From assembly GCA_017622505.1 (NCBI GenBank), contig JAGAQZ010000133.1:8920-72919 (forward strand): a DNA stretch of 64,000 bases, read 5' to 3'. The notes beneath the pieces are model-generated. The model was not told the DNA's origin. It was given only the letters and a program-made list of their open reading frames with translations, and searched no databases. This DNA comes from Lachnospiraceae bacterium (GTDB lineage Bacteria > Bacillota > Clostridia > Lachnospirales > Lachnospiraceae). Positions within the stretch are counted from its first letter, which is position 1; the number at the start of each line of letters is the position of its first letter. Positions 19,165-29,071 of the stretch are shown in pieces. Position numbers and translations under genes: made by a program.

Positions 19165-21009
19165 CTACGCTCGTACATCAAAACGATAAATTGCCGTCGC
19201 ACCTTCCCCCTGGGAATTCACTGACAAATTGCCGCTCGGAGTTTGCGGTAAAATATCTTCCTTTAAAGACATCTTCGTATCTTTTACCTTCATCTGCGTG
19301 TTTAAATTATAACCGCGTCGTTCAAGGCGTTCGCTTAACATATCAATGTGTTCCGCGATAAAATTCAAAGTTTCCTCATTTTCAAGGCAAAAATCCGTAG
19401 TAACATTTTTATCCTGCATCTTAACAAAAACATCAACCATACCCAAATGCTGCATATCTAGATGCAAAGCGGCACTTACGGTATCTTTCCCTGCAGCAAG
19501 GCTCTTTTTATCCGCATAGACAATCAAATCTCCTGTTGCGGAATGACCATTCATCTTCAACGGCAACTGCACATAAGGCATAAATTGATTTAAGTTATTT
19601 AAGAAATCCACATTCTCCTGAAACTGCTGGAGACTCTGGGATAAAACCGAACTTTCCGCCAAAGACTGTGACATGGAACTGATAACCGAATTCACCTGCT
19701 GATTAATACGATTATAAAAGTCTGTGACATTTTTACCGTTTTCTACTTCTGCCGGATCCAAAAGCCATGCTGACTGCAATTGTTTGGTCATAAGCTTACT
19801 AAACGCCTGATTATCCCATAGTTTCCCGGCCACTGCAGCATCTTTCCCCGCTAATTCCGCTTTCAATGCGGTAAAAAGTTCATTCAAGGGCAAATTACCG
19901 TTCTTCACCAAAGCAACCGTCTCTTTGGAAAATCCGTTCTGCTCCAATGCATTTGCTAATTCTGTGTATTCCGCCTTCGTCAAAACACCGGATAGAATTT
20001 TATCATTTGCATTCAACGCTGTGGCATCTTCACCCTTTGTACCGGTTAAAGCGTCAAGTGCTTCATCACCATCCACTAATGTATGTGCCTGATTCTGCGG
20101 ATTTAAAGCCTCTTCCAAAGCCGCCAGGGCCTTATCCATAGCTGACTGTTGAACCGTCGCCGCTTCGCCTGTTTGGGACACTGCCACGCCTTCCGCATTG
20201 TTTCCTGCTGCATTATTTTGAACATCGACATTCTGACCATTTACACTTTCAGCAGAAACTTCACCATTCAAAACCGCGCTTTGCATACCTTCCGGAGTTG
20301 TCATGGCTTCATGTTCTGAAATCAAGGACACCAATTCCTGCGTCACTGCCATAACCTTAGCCATATCACCGTTTTGCGCCATATTTTTCAATTCACCCGG
20401 AATCTCATGGATTAATTCATTGATGGTGCCGGCTACACGTTCTTCGTAATTTACAAGCGCCTGAAACTGCTCCACATTCTGAGGTGTAGTCTCCATACCG
20501 ATTTTATGCATATGTACCAGCAAAGACTGGTCTGTTTCGGGATACTTGATTATATCGTGATACACGCTCTGAAGTGTCTGCATATCAATAGGCATACCCT
20601 CTTTCATAAGCCCCGATATCATCTGTGCAGTCTGACCGTTGGTCTCAATCCCCGCCATCTGTAAGGCATTTGTCGCCAACTGCTCCTGCGCAAGATTGGT
20701 AAACAACGCCCTTAAAGCCACCTGTCCGTTGCTGTTATTGCTGATTTCAAACATCATTTTCTGTCCGACCGCAACATTCATACTCTGTTCCAATTTGGCC
20801 GAAACAACAGCATTATCCGCAATTTTTAACGTGACTTCGTTGCCGTTTACCGAAACAACTTCACCCTGTAAGGTTTCACCCGGCGACATACTCTTTAGTG
20901 CTGCCATCCCTTTATCCAACTGGGTTTGGACACTACTTGAAACGCCGGAAGTATCACTCACCGGCGTGGTTGTGCCATATGAAATTAAGTTGGATAAACT
21001 AAAACCCAT
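19165..21009 (-). CDS. FliK-like (YlqG-like) protein with a C-terminal hook-length-control-type domain
   Basis: C-terminal YVQLPLKM...ALHLDMQHLGMVDVFV...LERRGY; lies between rnhB and the FlhB-like gene. Confidence 0.75.
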   Translation of the reverse strand: MGFSLSNLISYGTTTPVSDTSGVSSSVQTQLDKGMAALKSMSPGETLQGEVVSVNGNEVTLKIADNAVVSAKLEQSMNVAVGQKMMFEISNNSNGQVALRALFTNLAQEQLATNALQMAGIETNGQTAQMISGLMKEGMPIDMQTLQSVYHDIIKYPETDQSLLVHMHKIGMETTPQNVEQFQALVNYEERVAGTINELIHEIPGELKNMAQNGDMAKVMAVTQELVSLISEHEAMTTPEGMQSAVLNGEVSAESVNGQNVDVQNNAAGNNAEGVAVSQTGEAATVQQSAMDKALAALEEALNPQNQAHTLVDGDEALDALTGTKGEDATALNANDKILSGVLTKAEYTELANALEQNGFSKETVALVKNGNLPLNELFTALKAELAGKDAAVAGKLWDNQAFSKLMTKQLQSAWLLDPAEVENGKNVTDFYNRINQQVNSVISSMSQSLAESSVLSQSLQQFQENVDFLNNLNQFMPYVQLPLKMNGHSATGDLIVYADKKSLAAGKDTVSAALHLDMQHLGMVDVFVKMQDKNVTTDFCLENEETLNFIAEHIDMLSERLERRGYNLNTQMKVKDTKMSLKEDILPQTPSGNLSVNSQGEGATAIYRFDVRA

Positions 21010-21107
21010 ATATAACCTCTGTTTTAAAAATCTAAAAGTTATTGAATCCTAAAAATATTAAAATCTCTAAAAGAATTATTAAACTCTAAAAATTAATATA
21101 AAATCAT

Positions 21108-21869
21108 TTATATAAAATTCCCGATAAAACTTCTTCTGTGAAGCGGTGTCGGACCATTTGCTTTCAAAAACTCAATATGCTTCTGTGTGCCGTATCCCTT
21201 GCTGGATGCAAACTCATAGCCCGGATACTCTTTATCGTATTCCACCATCATACGGTCCCTTGTTACCTTAGCAACAATACTTGCCGCCGCAATGGATACA
21301 CTCTTGGCATCGCCCTTAATAATGGGAACCTGCTTAATCTCTACACCCGGAATTGTTACGGCATCATTCAATAAAACATCCGGCTTCACTTTTAAATTCG
21401 CAATCGCATCACGCATTGCTTCATAAGTCGCCTGCAAAATGTTAATTTCGTCGATACGTCCCGCATCTCTCATACCGATGCCCACCGCAACCGCTTCCTT
21501 CATAATGACGTCGTACAATTCTTCTCTCTTTTTTTCGGATAATTTCTTTGAATCATTTAGATACAAAATTTGGGAATTGGCAGGTAAAATCACCGCGCAA
21601 GCCACAACAGGCCCTGCCAAAGGTCCTCTGCCCACTTCATCGATACCGCAAACAAAGCCATACTGCTCATTTTCATACTCGTACTTCTTCATCACTTCCG
21701 TACGGGCAATTTCTTTTTCCAATGCATCAATTGCCTTCTTTGCGCGCTCTACCAATGCTATTACGCTGTTTCTGGCGTCATTTTCGTATGTACTGATAAA
21801 TGACTCCAACTCTTCTTTTGTCTTTGCCTTCGCAAAATCTTCTTTTACAAATCCGATACGTATTTCCAT
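21108..21869 (-). CDS. rnhB: Ribonuclease HII
   Basis: GIDEVGRGPLAGPV, LNDSKKL, IKGDAKS.SIAAASIVAKV and KGYGT motifs. Confidence 0.97.
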   Translation of the reverse strand: MEIRIGFVKEDFAKAKTKEELESFISTYENDARNSVIALVERAKKAIDALEKEIARTEVMKKYEYENEQYGFVCGIDEVGRGPLAGPVVACAVILPANSQILYLNDSKKLSEKKREELYDVIMKEAVAVGIGMRDAGRIDEINILQATYEAMRDAIANLKVKPDVLLNDAVTIPGVEIKQVPIIKGDAKSVSIAAASIVAKVTRDRMMVEYDKEYPGYEFASSKGYGTQKHIEFLKANGPTPLHRRSFIGNFI

Positions 21870-21973
21870 AATTCCCTCACACATTCTTATGTATCACTTT
21901 TATGATTTATCAAATATTTACTTGGATTTTTATTTTATTCTTCCCTATATTTCATTAGCATTTCAATGATTAC

Positions 21974-22513
21974 TTACTCATGTTTAATCACACACATACT
22001 GTCAAAAGGATAAATCCGAACCCAGGCTCTGCCGATTAATTCATCTCTTTTAATATTGCCGACCATATAATCCCTGCTGTCCAAAGAGTGGTTACGGTTA
22101 TCGCCCATTACAAAATATTCATCCGATCCTAAAGTCAAAGGCTCCCCTGCAGTACCTGCACTAAGAATCACTTCTTTGCCGAAATCTTCTTCCAGCAATT
22201 CATCATTGATATAAATATCACCTTTATCATCAATGTAAATTGTCTCTCCTGGCAAACCGATAATTCGTTTCACAAGGTAGGTGTGCTGATCATAATGTGC
22301 CGGAAAAACTACCACTTCAAAACGTTCGGGCTCACGAAAACGATAAGTAATTTTATCCACAATAAGATTATCTCCATGGAATAAAGTATCTTCCATACTT
22401 TCACCGTCCACAACAGTTCGTTGCCCCACAAAGGTAACGATTAAAAGCGATATCACCAATGCAATCAGCAGAATCAGACTTGTCTGCAATGCCTCTTTTA
22501 AAAACTTCTTCAT
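21974..22513 (-). CDS. lepB: Signal peptidase I
   Basis: GESME (catalytic Ser), VKRIIGLPGE (catalytic Lys), GDNRNHSLDSR. Confidence 0.95.
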   Translation of the reverse strand: MKKFLKEALQTSLILLIALVISLLIVTFVGQRTVVDGESMEDTLFHGDNLIVDKITYRFREPERFEVVVFPAHYDQHTYLVKRIIGLPGETIYIDDKGDIYINDELLEEDFGKEVILSAGTAGEPLTLGSDEYFVMGDNRNHSLDSRDYMVGNIKRDELIGRAWVRIYPFDSMCVIKHE

Positions 22514-22514
22514 T

Positions 22515-23354
22515 TTAAGGTCTCTCCAATGTTATTTTACCGATTCTTCCGGCTCTAAAATCATCCATCAAAAGGTTTGCCGCCTTACGAATATCAAGCT
22601 CTTCTCCTTTTAAAAAGCACTTACGCGCTTTGGCAATCTCATGCAAATCCTTTACGTGATCCTCGGTCTCCTCGATTTCATAGCGGGCAGCAAGCAAGCC
22701 CGGGTAATGCCGTTTTAAAAGTTCTATCAAATAAATTGCAAGTTCATCCATCTGCAAAACTTCATCATTAATAGAACCAATCAACGCAAGATACAAGCCA
22801 ATCTGCTGGTCTTCAAACTTGGGCCAGAGAATTCCCGGCGTATCCAGAAGTTCCAAAGTCTTATTCATACGAATCCACTGTTTTCCCTTGGTAACTCCCG
22901 GCTTATTTCCGGTCTTTGTACAAGCCTTTCCAGCAAAAGAATTGATAAAAGTAGACTTACCCACATTAGGAATTCCCACAACCATGGCACGTACAGGGCG
23001 GTTAAGGATACCTCTTTTACGGTCACGCTCAATCTTTTCCTTACAGACTTCCTGAACGGTCTTTTCAATCTGCTTAATGCCGCTTCCCCGCTGGGAATTT
23101 ACTTCCACCACAAAGAAGCCTTTTTCTTTAAAATACTCCATCCACTGCGCATTGCACTTCGGATCCGCCAAATCTGATTTATTTAAAAGAATCAGGCGAA
23201 ACTTGTTTTTACCCAACTCATCAATGTCCGGATTACGGCTTGCAAGGGGTGTTCTTGCATCCACAAGCTCAATAATCAAGTCAATTAATTTAATATTTTC
23301 CTGCATCATACGCTTTGCTTTCGTCATATGACCGGGATACCATTGTACTACCAT
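22515..23354 (-). CDS. rbgA: Ribosome biogenesis GTPase RbgA (YlqF)
   Basis: QWYPGHM, DAR.P.ASRNP, NKSDL, GIPNVGKST and LLDTPG motifs. Start ATG 23354. Confidence 0.97.
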   Translation of the reverse strand: MVVQWYPGHMTKAKRMMQENIKLIDLIIELVDARTPLASRNPDIDELGKNKFRLILLNKSDLADPKCNAQWMEYFKEKGFFVVEVNSQRGSGIKQIEKTVQEVCKEKIERDRKRGILNRPVRAMVVGIPNVGKSTFINSFAGKACTKTGNKPGVTKGKQWIRMNKTLELLDTPGILWPKFEDQQIGLYLALIGSINDEVLQMDELAIYLIELLKRHYPGLLAARYEIEETEDHVKDLHEIAKARKCFLKGEELDIRKAANLLMDDFRAGRIGKITLERP

Positions 23355-23451
23355 TTTATGTCCTCTTTCTATATTTGTTAGCAGTTTCCAATATGTATTG
23401 AAACTGCAATTCAAAATTCAATAATAAAAACAAAATTATGCGAAACTTATC

Positions 23452-24042
23452 TTATCGTATAAATCCCATCCCAACATTTTCTTCTGCCAGGCAGAACCAG
23501 GCTCTGCCCACAATATAATCACGATGCACCGCACCGATATTTCCCGAACGGCTGTCCTCGCTGTTGTTGCGGTTATCGCCAAGCACAAAATATTCATCTT
23601 CGCCCAATAAATACGGCGTCTCCGCAAGACCTTCGTTCTCAATTATATCAAAGGTATAATCTTCTAATCTCTCTCCGTCAATGTAAACCTGACCGCCTTT
23701 AATCTGTACGGTTTCACCCGGCAAACCGATTACACGCTTCACATAATAATGTGCATTTTCGTTGCCGTTGGGGCGGAATACAATCACATCTCCCCTGCCC
23801 GGTGAAAACAGCAAATAAGATATTTTATTGATAAAAATCTCCTGACTGTTGCACAGGGTAGGCTCCATAGACACGCCGATTACGCTGGTACGCATACCAA
23901 ACATAAGTACAATCACCAACGCCAAAAAGGACACCATAAATATAAGAAAGATATAACTGAATATCTCTTTCCATGTACTTGGTTTCATCTTCTCTTTTCG
24001 TTCATAAAAGGACAAGCCTCTGCGTCTTCGTCTTGATGCCAT
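23452..24042 (-). CDS. lepB: Signal peptidase I (second paralogue)
   Basis: GVSMEPTL, VKRVIGLPGE and GDNRNNSEDSR motifs. Confidence 0.93.
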   Translation of the reverse strand: MASRRRRRGLSFYERKEKMKPSTWKEIFSYIFLIFMVSFLALVIVLMFGMRTSVIGVSMEPTLCNSQEIFINKISYLLFSPGRGDVIVFRPNGNENAHYYVKRVIGLPGETVQIKGGQVYIDGERLEDYTFDIIENEGLAETPYLLGEDEYFVLGDNRNNSEDSRSGNIGAVHRDYIVGRAWFCLAEENVGMGFIR

Positions 24043-24164
24043 CACATAACACCGCCATTTAAACATAATAATACGAATATATTATATCTCAAAACGGTGT
24101 CAGGTACAAGTCAAGAGAAGTAAAACCCTTGTAACATTTTAGTTTACATTTTATGGATAAAAAA

Positions 24165-24190
24165 AGAGCAGCTCCAACCGGAACTGCTCT
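24165..24190 (-). terminator. Intrinsic terminator after rplS
   Basis: Minus strand AGAGCAGUUCC-gguu-GGAGCUGCUCU-UUUUU. Confidence 0.85.
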
Positions 24191-24201
24191 CAAAAGTCAA
24201 A

Positions 24202-24549
24202 TTATCTGATTTTTTCTTTCACTTTAGCCTTCTTACCAACGCGGTCTCTTAAGTAGTTAAGTTTTGCTCTTCTTACCTTACCTTCACGAACAACTTCTAC
24301 CTTTTCTACGTTAGGTGAGTGCATAGGCCATGTCTTTTCTACACCAACACCGTTAGAGAACTTTCTAACTGTGAAAGTCTGACGGTTGCTACCGCCCTGA
24401 ATCTTTAATACAGTACCTTCGAAAACCTGGATTCTTTCGCGGTTACCTTCCTTGATTTTACCGTGTACTCTTACGGTATCACCAACGTTGAATGCAGGAA
24501 CTTCAGCCTTTAACTGTGCCTGCTCGATCTCTTTAATAATTTCGCTCAT
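24202..24549 (-). CDS. rplS: 50S ribosomal protein L19
   Basis: [22 protein letters not shown]...[12 protein letters not shown]. Confidence 0.99.
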   Translation of the reverse strand: MSEIIKEIEQAQLKAEVPAFNVGDTVRVHGKIKEGNRERIQVFEGTVLKIQGGSNRQTFTVRKFSNGVGVEKTWPMHSPNVEKVEVVREGKVRRAKLNYLRDRVGKKAKVKEKIR

Positions 24550-24574
24550 TTTATAAGCCTCCTTCTTTTCATCG

Positions 24575-24612
24575 GACGTTCTTGATACCGAAATTGGTAG
24601 CAGCGGACCATC
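24575..24612 (-). ncRNA. L19 leader (ribosomal protein autoregulatory RNA)
   Basis: Minus strand GAUGGUCCGCUG...AAGAACGUC directly upstream of the rplS SD; matches the Firmicutes L19-leader pattern as I recall it. Confidence 0.7.
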
Positions 24613-24633
24613 TCTTTACTTCGCAACAGATAT

Positions 24634-24662
24634 AATCTACCATAAAATTATGTTAATTGCAA
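24634..24662 (-). promoter_or_regulatory. Sigma-A promoter of rplS
   Basis: TTGCAA-17 nt-TAGATT with TGn extension. Confidence 0.65.
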
Positions 24663-24663
24663 G

Positions 24664-24709
24664 CTTTTTTATATTAATTATATTACTCTTTTTTATATTA
24701 ATTATATTA
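24664..24709. repeat. 22-bp exact direct repeat, two copies
   Basis: cttttttatattaattatatta at 24664-24685 and 24688-24709. Confidence 0.9.
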
Positions 24710-24737
24710 TTCGTCAATGTTATTCCCAAAAATATGC

Positions 24738-26777
24738 TTATGCATCAGCATTTTCATCTTTTATATGCTTATTTCTCATCAACAACACGCCAAGAACCGT
24801 ACATACTGCTCCAACCGCAAGCAATATCGCATAATCCCCTGCGCCGTAAACCTCCTTACCAAGCACGGGAATCTTCGTAACCCATTCCGGATTATATTGC
24901 AGAATCACTGATAAACCGTTATTGATAAAATGCATGATCGCGCCAATCCAGATACTTCCGGAACGATATGCCACATAGGCAATGGCAATACCCATCATAG
25001 TTCCTCCTACAAATTGTAGAAGGTTCATATGATATGCGCCAAAAAGCAAGGCCGAAACCACAATTGCAAGCCATGGTCTCCACTTATCTTTTAACGTCCC
25101 GAACAGGAAGCCGCGGAACGCAAATTCTTCCGCAATTGCCGGGCAAATGCCCACCACAATAAATGCAGAAATAAAGCCAGCATCCGTAATAACGGAATTA
25201 AGTGCATCCGACGTCTCTGCAAGACTCGGGAACCACTGTGCAAGGCTTACAATCACCACCTGCTCCAACAGCCATACGCCAAGCCACATACAAATTCCGC
25301 CTAAAATATGCTTGAATGCAGGTACTTTTAACGAAAACAATTTCTTAAAATCCGCTTTCATATACCAGGCATAGAATACCGGAACTGCAAGAATAATTAA
25401 CTGCACAAGTCCCGTTCCCCAAATTCCGAGACGGAATACCAAGGAAGAACTCAAATAAATCATCAATAACAAAAGCAACCCAAACATCAGAATCGTATCG
25501 CCGATTCCGGGCATCTGTCCTGCCTTCATATTGGAACGTTTCTCCAGGAACTTAACCCCGCGGAAACCTTCTCCAAACAATACATCTTCGCTGGAAAACA
25601 GCTTTGACATCAACATTACCGCCGCTATACTGTACACAATATTCGAAAGTAACACCAGAACGATATTCGTCCAATCAAACTGTAATTCAAACACTGCTTT
25701 AATAAACAAAGCAACGTTTACAATGGGAATCAATGCAGTCTTTGTCGTTAAAGTAATATTCGGAAGCATTCCCGCCATAGATGCAAACATAAAAACCAAC
25801 AGCACCGGAGTACTGTAATTGTTTGCTTCCTTGAAACTCTTGGCAAAAATACATACGCTCAAACACACAGCCGATGCAAACATGGCAAAAATCGGCATGC
25901 ACACCAAAAGACCTATCACGGACGGCGTAAACTGCCATAGATTCATATCTCCGAATGCCGTATCCACAAGCTGCATGGAATCATACATATAAAGGCCTAC
26001 CAAAAACATAGATAAAAGGTTCAAAAGCGCCGACATCACTGCTACCGTAGATACCGCCATAAACTTACTGAACATCATTTCGCTGTTTTTCACAGGAAGC
26101 GTCATCATCGTTTCCAAAGTTCCTCGCTCACGCTCTCCTGCCGTCACATCAATTGCAGGATAGATGGCACCCATCAGAATACTTGTAATCAACATAAAAG
26201 GAATAATGTAGCCAAATATAGAACCGGTCGATTCTTCAATGGTGGCCACATTTCGATTGCCGATTACCACAGGATTCAACACCTTCTCATAATCATCAAA
26301 ACGTTCTGCAATTAACTCATTGCGTAATTCATTTTTATATGCACGCAAAATCTCTTCCGCATATTTACTTGCCGAAATCGAATCCGGTACAGACGAAAAA
26401 TACCCCACTTCATAAGAAGTACGCCCATCTTCCGCCGTGGTAATATCAATAAATACATCAATTTCTTTGGCATTTAAAGCTGTTTCACAAGCATTGGCAC
26501 TCTCATAGACCTTCGTCTCAAAGAAGTACTCAAACTCATCTTCTTCATCCAACAAAAGACTCTCCACCAGTGCAGTTTCCTCACACTCTACAATACCGAT
26601 CTGATAAGTCTTTTCCAGGCTTTCCTTGGAAATGTTACTCATAATCAGCATCATTCCAAGCATCATACAGGGATACAGAAACAAGGGAACCAAGACCATA
26701 ATAATCATGGTCTTTTTATCCCTGAAAATATCCAACATTTCTTTTTTATAAAGAGAAAAAACCGTCTTCTTATTCAT
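24738..26777 (-). CDS. NatB-like ABC-2 permease fused to a C-terminal CPBP intramembrane protease domain
   Basis: AIDVTAGERERGTLET and AKSFKEANNY (NatB-like); C-terminal AEEFAFRG, FGAYH and HFINN (CPBP). Confidence 0.88.
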   Translation of the reverse strand: MNKKTVFSLYKKEMLDIFRDKKTMIIMVLVPLFLYPCMMLGMMLIMSNISKESLEKTYQIGIVECEETALVESLLLDEEDEFEYFFETKVYESANACETALNAKEIDVFIDITTAEDGRTSYEVGYFSSVPDSISASKYAEEILRAYKNELRNELIAERFDDYEKVLNPVVIGNRNVATIEESTGSIFGYIIPFMLITSILMGAIYPAIDVTAGERERGTLETMMTLPVKNSEMMFSKFMAVSTVAVMSALLNLLSMFLVGLYMYDSMQLVDTAFGDMNLWQFTPSVIGLLVCMPIFAMFASAVCLSVCIFAKSFKEANNYSTPVLLVFMFASMAGMLPNITLTTKTALIPIVNVALFIKAVFELQFDWTNIVLVLLSNIVYSIAAVMLMSKLFSSEDVLFGEGFRGVKFLEKRSNMKAGQMPGIGDTILMFGLLLLLMIYLSSSLVFRLGIWGTGLVQLIILAVPVFYAWYMKADFKKLFSLKVPAFKHILGGICMWLGVWLLEQVVIVSLAQWFPSLAETSDALNSVITDAGFISAFIVVGICPAIAEEFAFRGFLFGTLKDKWRPWLAIVVSALLFGAYHMNLLQFVGGTMMGIAIAYVAYRSGSIWIGAIMHFINNGLSVILQYNPEWVTKIPVLGKEVYGAGDYAILLAVGAVCTVLGVLLMRNKHIKDENADA

Positions 26778-27561
26778 CGTCCGTTTCCTCCTCTTTAATT
26801 AAACTACGAAATGTATCGCGCAGATTATCCGTCCCCGTCTGCTCCATCAATGCCTTCGGCGTTCCGGACGCAATCACCTTACCTTTGTACATCATTACAA
26901 TTCTGTCGCAAAGATACTGCGCCTCTTCCATATAGTGGGTAGAATACAGCACGGTTTTACCTTTTTCTTTCTCTTTCTTCATAAAAGAGACAATGGCTTC
27001 GCTACTGATAATATCCAATCCCAAGGTAGGCTCGTCAAAAATATAGACTTCCGGATTATGAATAAGACACCTTGCAATATTTGCACGCTGAGTCTGTCCG
27101 GTAGAAAGCTTCTCAATACGATTGTCACCGAAACTTTCCATATCTAATACCTTGAAAATGTCATTGATACGTTCTTCACAAAGTGCTTTGTCCAATCCAT
27201 AAATATCACCAAATACACGCAACATTTCACGTGTACTTAATCGCTGATATAACTTGGTATTTCCGGACAAATAGCCAATCTTCTGTTTCTTCTCGATGAC
27301 GGAAGTAATTTCCCTGCCATCCGTATCTGAAAGAAATACTTCACCTTCCGTAGGCGTCATTAGATTTCCAAGCATACGAAGAACAGTGGTTTTTCCTGCA
27401 CCGTTCGGCCCTAAAAGTCCCAAAATTTCACCCGGTTTTGCCTCAAAACTCACGTGGTCCACCGCATAAAATTCTTCTTTGGTGGCACTATTCTTTTTCA
27501 TTCCCTTTTTCTTTGCAATATTTCTTACAAAGACCTTACACAAATCTTTTGCAGCAATCAT
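26770..27561 (-). CDS. ABC transporter ATP-binding protein (NatA-like)
   Basis: GPNGAGKTT, signature LSTGQ, FDEPT and STHYMEE motifs; overlaps the permease start. Confidence 0.93.
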   Translation of the reverse strand: MIAAKDLCKVFVRNIAKKKGMKKNSATKEEFYAVDHVSFEAKPGEILGLLGPNGAGKTTVLRMLGNLMTPTEGEVFLSDTDGREITSVIEKKQKIGYLSGNTKLYQRLSTREMLRVFGDIYGLDKALCEERINDIFKVLDMESFGDNRIEKLSTGQTQRANIARCLIHNPEVYIFDEPTLGLDIISSEAIVSFMKKEKEKGKTVLYSTHYMEEAQYLCDRIVMMYKGKVIASGTPKALMEQTGTDNLRDTFRSLIKEEETDDE

Positions 27562-27602
27562 TTTCTACTCCGTTACAGCAACTTTACCTTGCTTGCCAAA
27601 AC

Positions 27603-28403
27603 TTATTCTTCTGAAGAAGATACATTCTTCCCTTCTTCCGATACCATTTTCTTCTTCCTTCGTTTCTTTTTCGGTGGATGTTCACGAAGATAAGCCTCTA
27701 GTTCCTCCATGTATTTCTCATACATATCAGGCCTTTTAATCTTTGTCCGTTCTACCGCCTGCTCATGACGCCATTTCGCAATGTTGGCATGATGCCCGCT
27801 CATAAGCACCTCCGGCACTGACTTATCATGCCACACTTCCGGCCTTGTATACTGGGGATACTCCAGCAGATTCCCTGCAAAGGACTCATCATTTGCAGAC
27901 TCTTCATTGTTTAAAACCCCCGGAATCAGTCTTGCCACGGTATCAATTACCACCATTGCCGGCAATTCCCCGCCGGTTAATACATAATCACCAATCGACA
28001 ATTCGTCCGTCACAATTTCTTCCAGAACACGCTCATCAATGCCCTCATAATGACCACAAAGGAAAATCAATTCCTCCTCTTTGGCAAGTTCCTGGGCAAT
28101 TTCCTGCTTAAAAGTCCTGCCCTGTGGCGTCATAAAAACCACTCTCGGCGTAGGACGTCCAATCTCCTCATGCTCTTTGACCAAAGCCTTATAAGCATCA
28201 TAAACAGGCTGTGCCTGCATTAGCATTCCGGCTCCGCCGCCATAAGGATAATCGTCTACTTTATTGTGCTTATCCAGCGTGTAATCGCGGATATTCACGG
28301 CATTTATGGATAAATGCCCTGCTTCCGCCGCTCTTTTGATAATACTGTTGTTCAACCCCTGCTCAATCATTTCAGGAAACAGGGTCAGTATATGAAACTT
28401 CAT
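27603..28403 (-). CDS. trmD: tRNA (guanine37-N1)-methyltransferase
   Basis: VDDYPYGGGAGM, CGHYEGIDER, SIGDYVLTGGE and LLEYPQYTRP motifs. Confidence 0.98.
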   Translation of the reverse strand: MKFHILTLFPEMIEQGLNNSIIKRAAEAGHLSINAVNIRDYTLDKHNKVDDYPYGGGAGMLMQAQPVYDAYKALVKEHEEIGRPTPRVVFMTPQGRTFKQEIAQELAKEEELIFLCGHYEGIDERVLEEIVTDELSIGDYVLTGGELPAMVVIDTVARLIPGVLNNEESANDESFAGNLLEYPQYTRPEVWHDKSVPEVLMSGHHANIAKWRHEQAVERTKIKRPDMYEKYMEELEAYLREHPPKKKRRKKKMVSEEGKNVSSSEE

Positions 28404-28475
28404 AATACATTCCTCAATTTTATATTTATGTTCTTACAATGCAGAATATAATTTTTATCATAAATCTACAATGCC

Positions 28476-28985
28476 TTAATCAAGTAGCCCCGGCATAATA
28501 TGCACAAGCACTTCTCCCGCTTCCACATCTACATTAAGGACGCATTCCTTAATTGCAGGCAAAAGCACTTCCTTACCGTCTTCTGTTTCCACAATATAAA
28601 CGTCGTTGGCACCGGTCTGTAACACATCTTTTAAAATGCCAAGCTGTTGTTCCTCATCCGTCATAACTTTTAACCCGATTAAATCCGCAATAAAATACTC
28701 ATCTTTGCGAAGTTTTACGGCATTCACGCGGTCCACCAGGAGACTTTTATTACGATACTGCTCAATTTCGTTAATATTGTTAAATTCCTTAAATTTTAAA
28801 ATTACAAACTGCTTAAAAAACTTCACCGACTCCGGATGTAAAGTTAGTTTTTCTTTTCCGGTGTCCAAATATACTTCTTTTAACTTCTTGAAACGATTCA
28901 CATCGTCTGTGGTAGGGAATACTTTCACTTCTCCCTTAATTCCGTGTGTGGATGAAATCACACCAATCTGCAAAAAATCTTCCAT
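28476..28985 (-). CDS. rimM: 16S rRNA processing protein RimM
   Basis: [19 protein letters not shown] and TGANDVY motifs. Confidence 0.98.
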   Translation of the reverse strand: MEDFLQIGVISSTHGIKGEVKVFPTTDDVNRFKKLKEVYLDTGKEKLTLHPESVKFFKQFVILKFKEFNNINEIEQYRNKSLLVDRVNAVKLRKDEYFIADLIGLKVMTDEEQQLGILKDVLQTGANDVYIVETEDGKEVLLPAIKECVLNVDVEAGEVLVHIMPGLLD

Positions 28986-29071
28986 TCAATAACCCTTTCT
29001 CAAATAAAGCAATTACATTCAAAAAACTTAATACAATCTTTTGATTAAAAATTGCATACAATATATTCTCT

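Noticed and set aside
24129-24148. TGTAA-N9-TTACA palindrome upstream of lepB as a possible cre site
   Set aside because: It lacks the central CG and the length of the CcpA cre consensus; the match is weak in AT-rich DNA.
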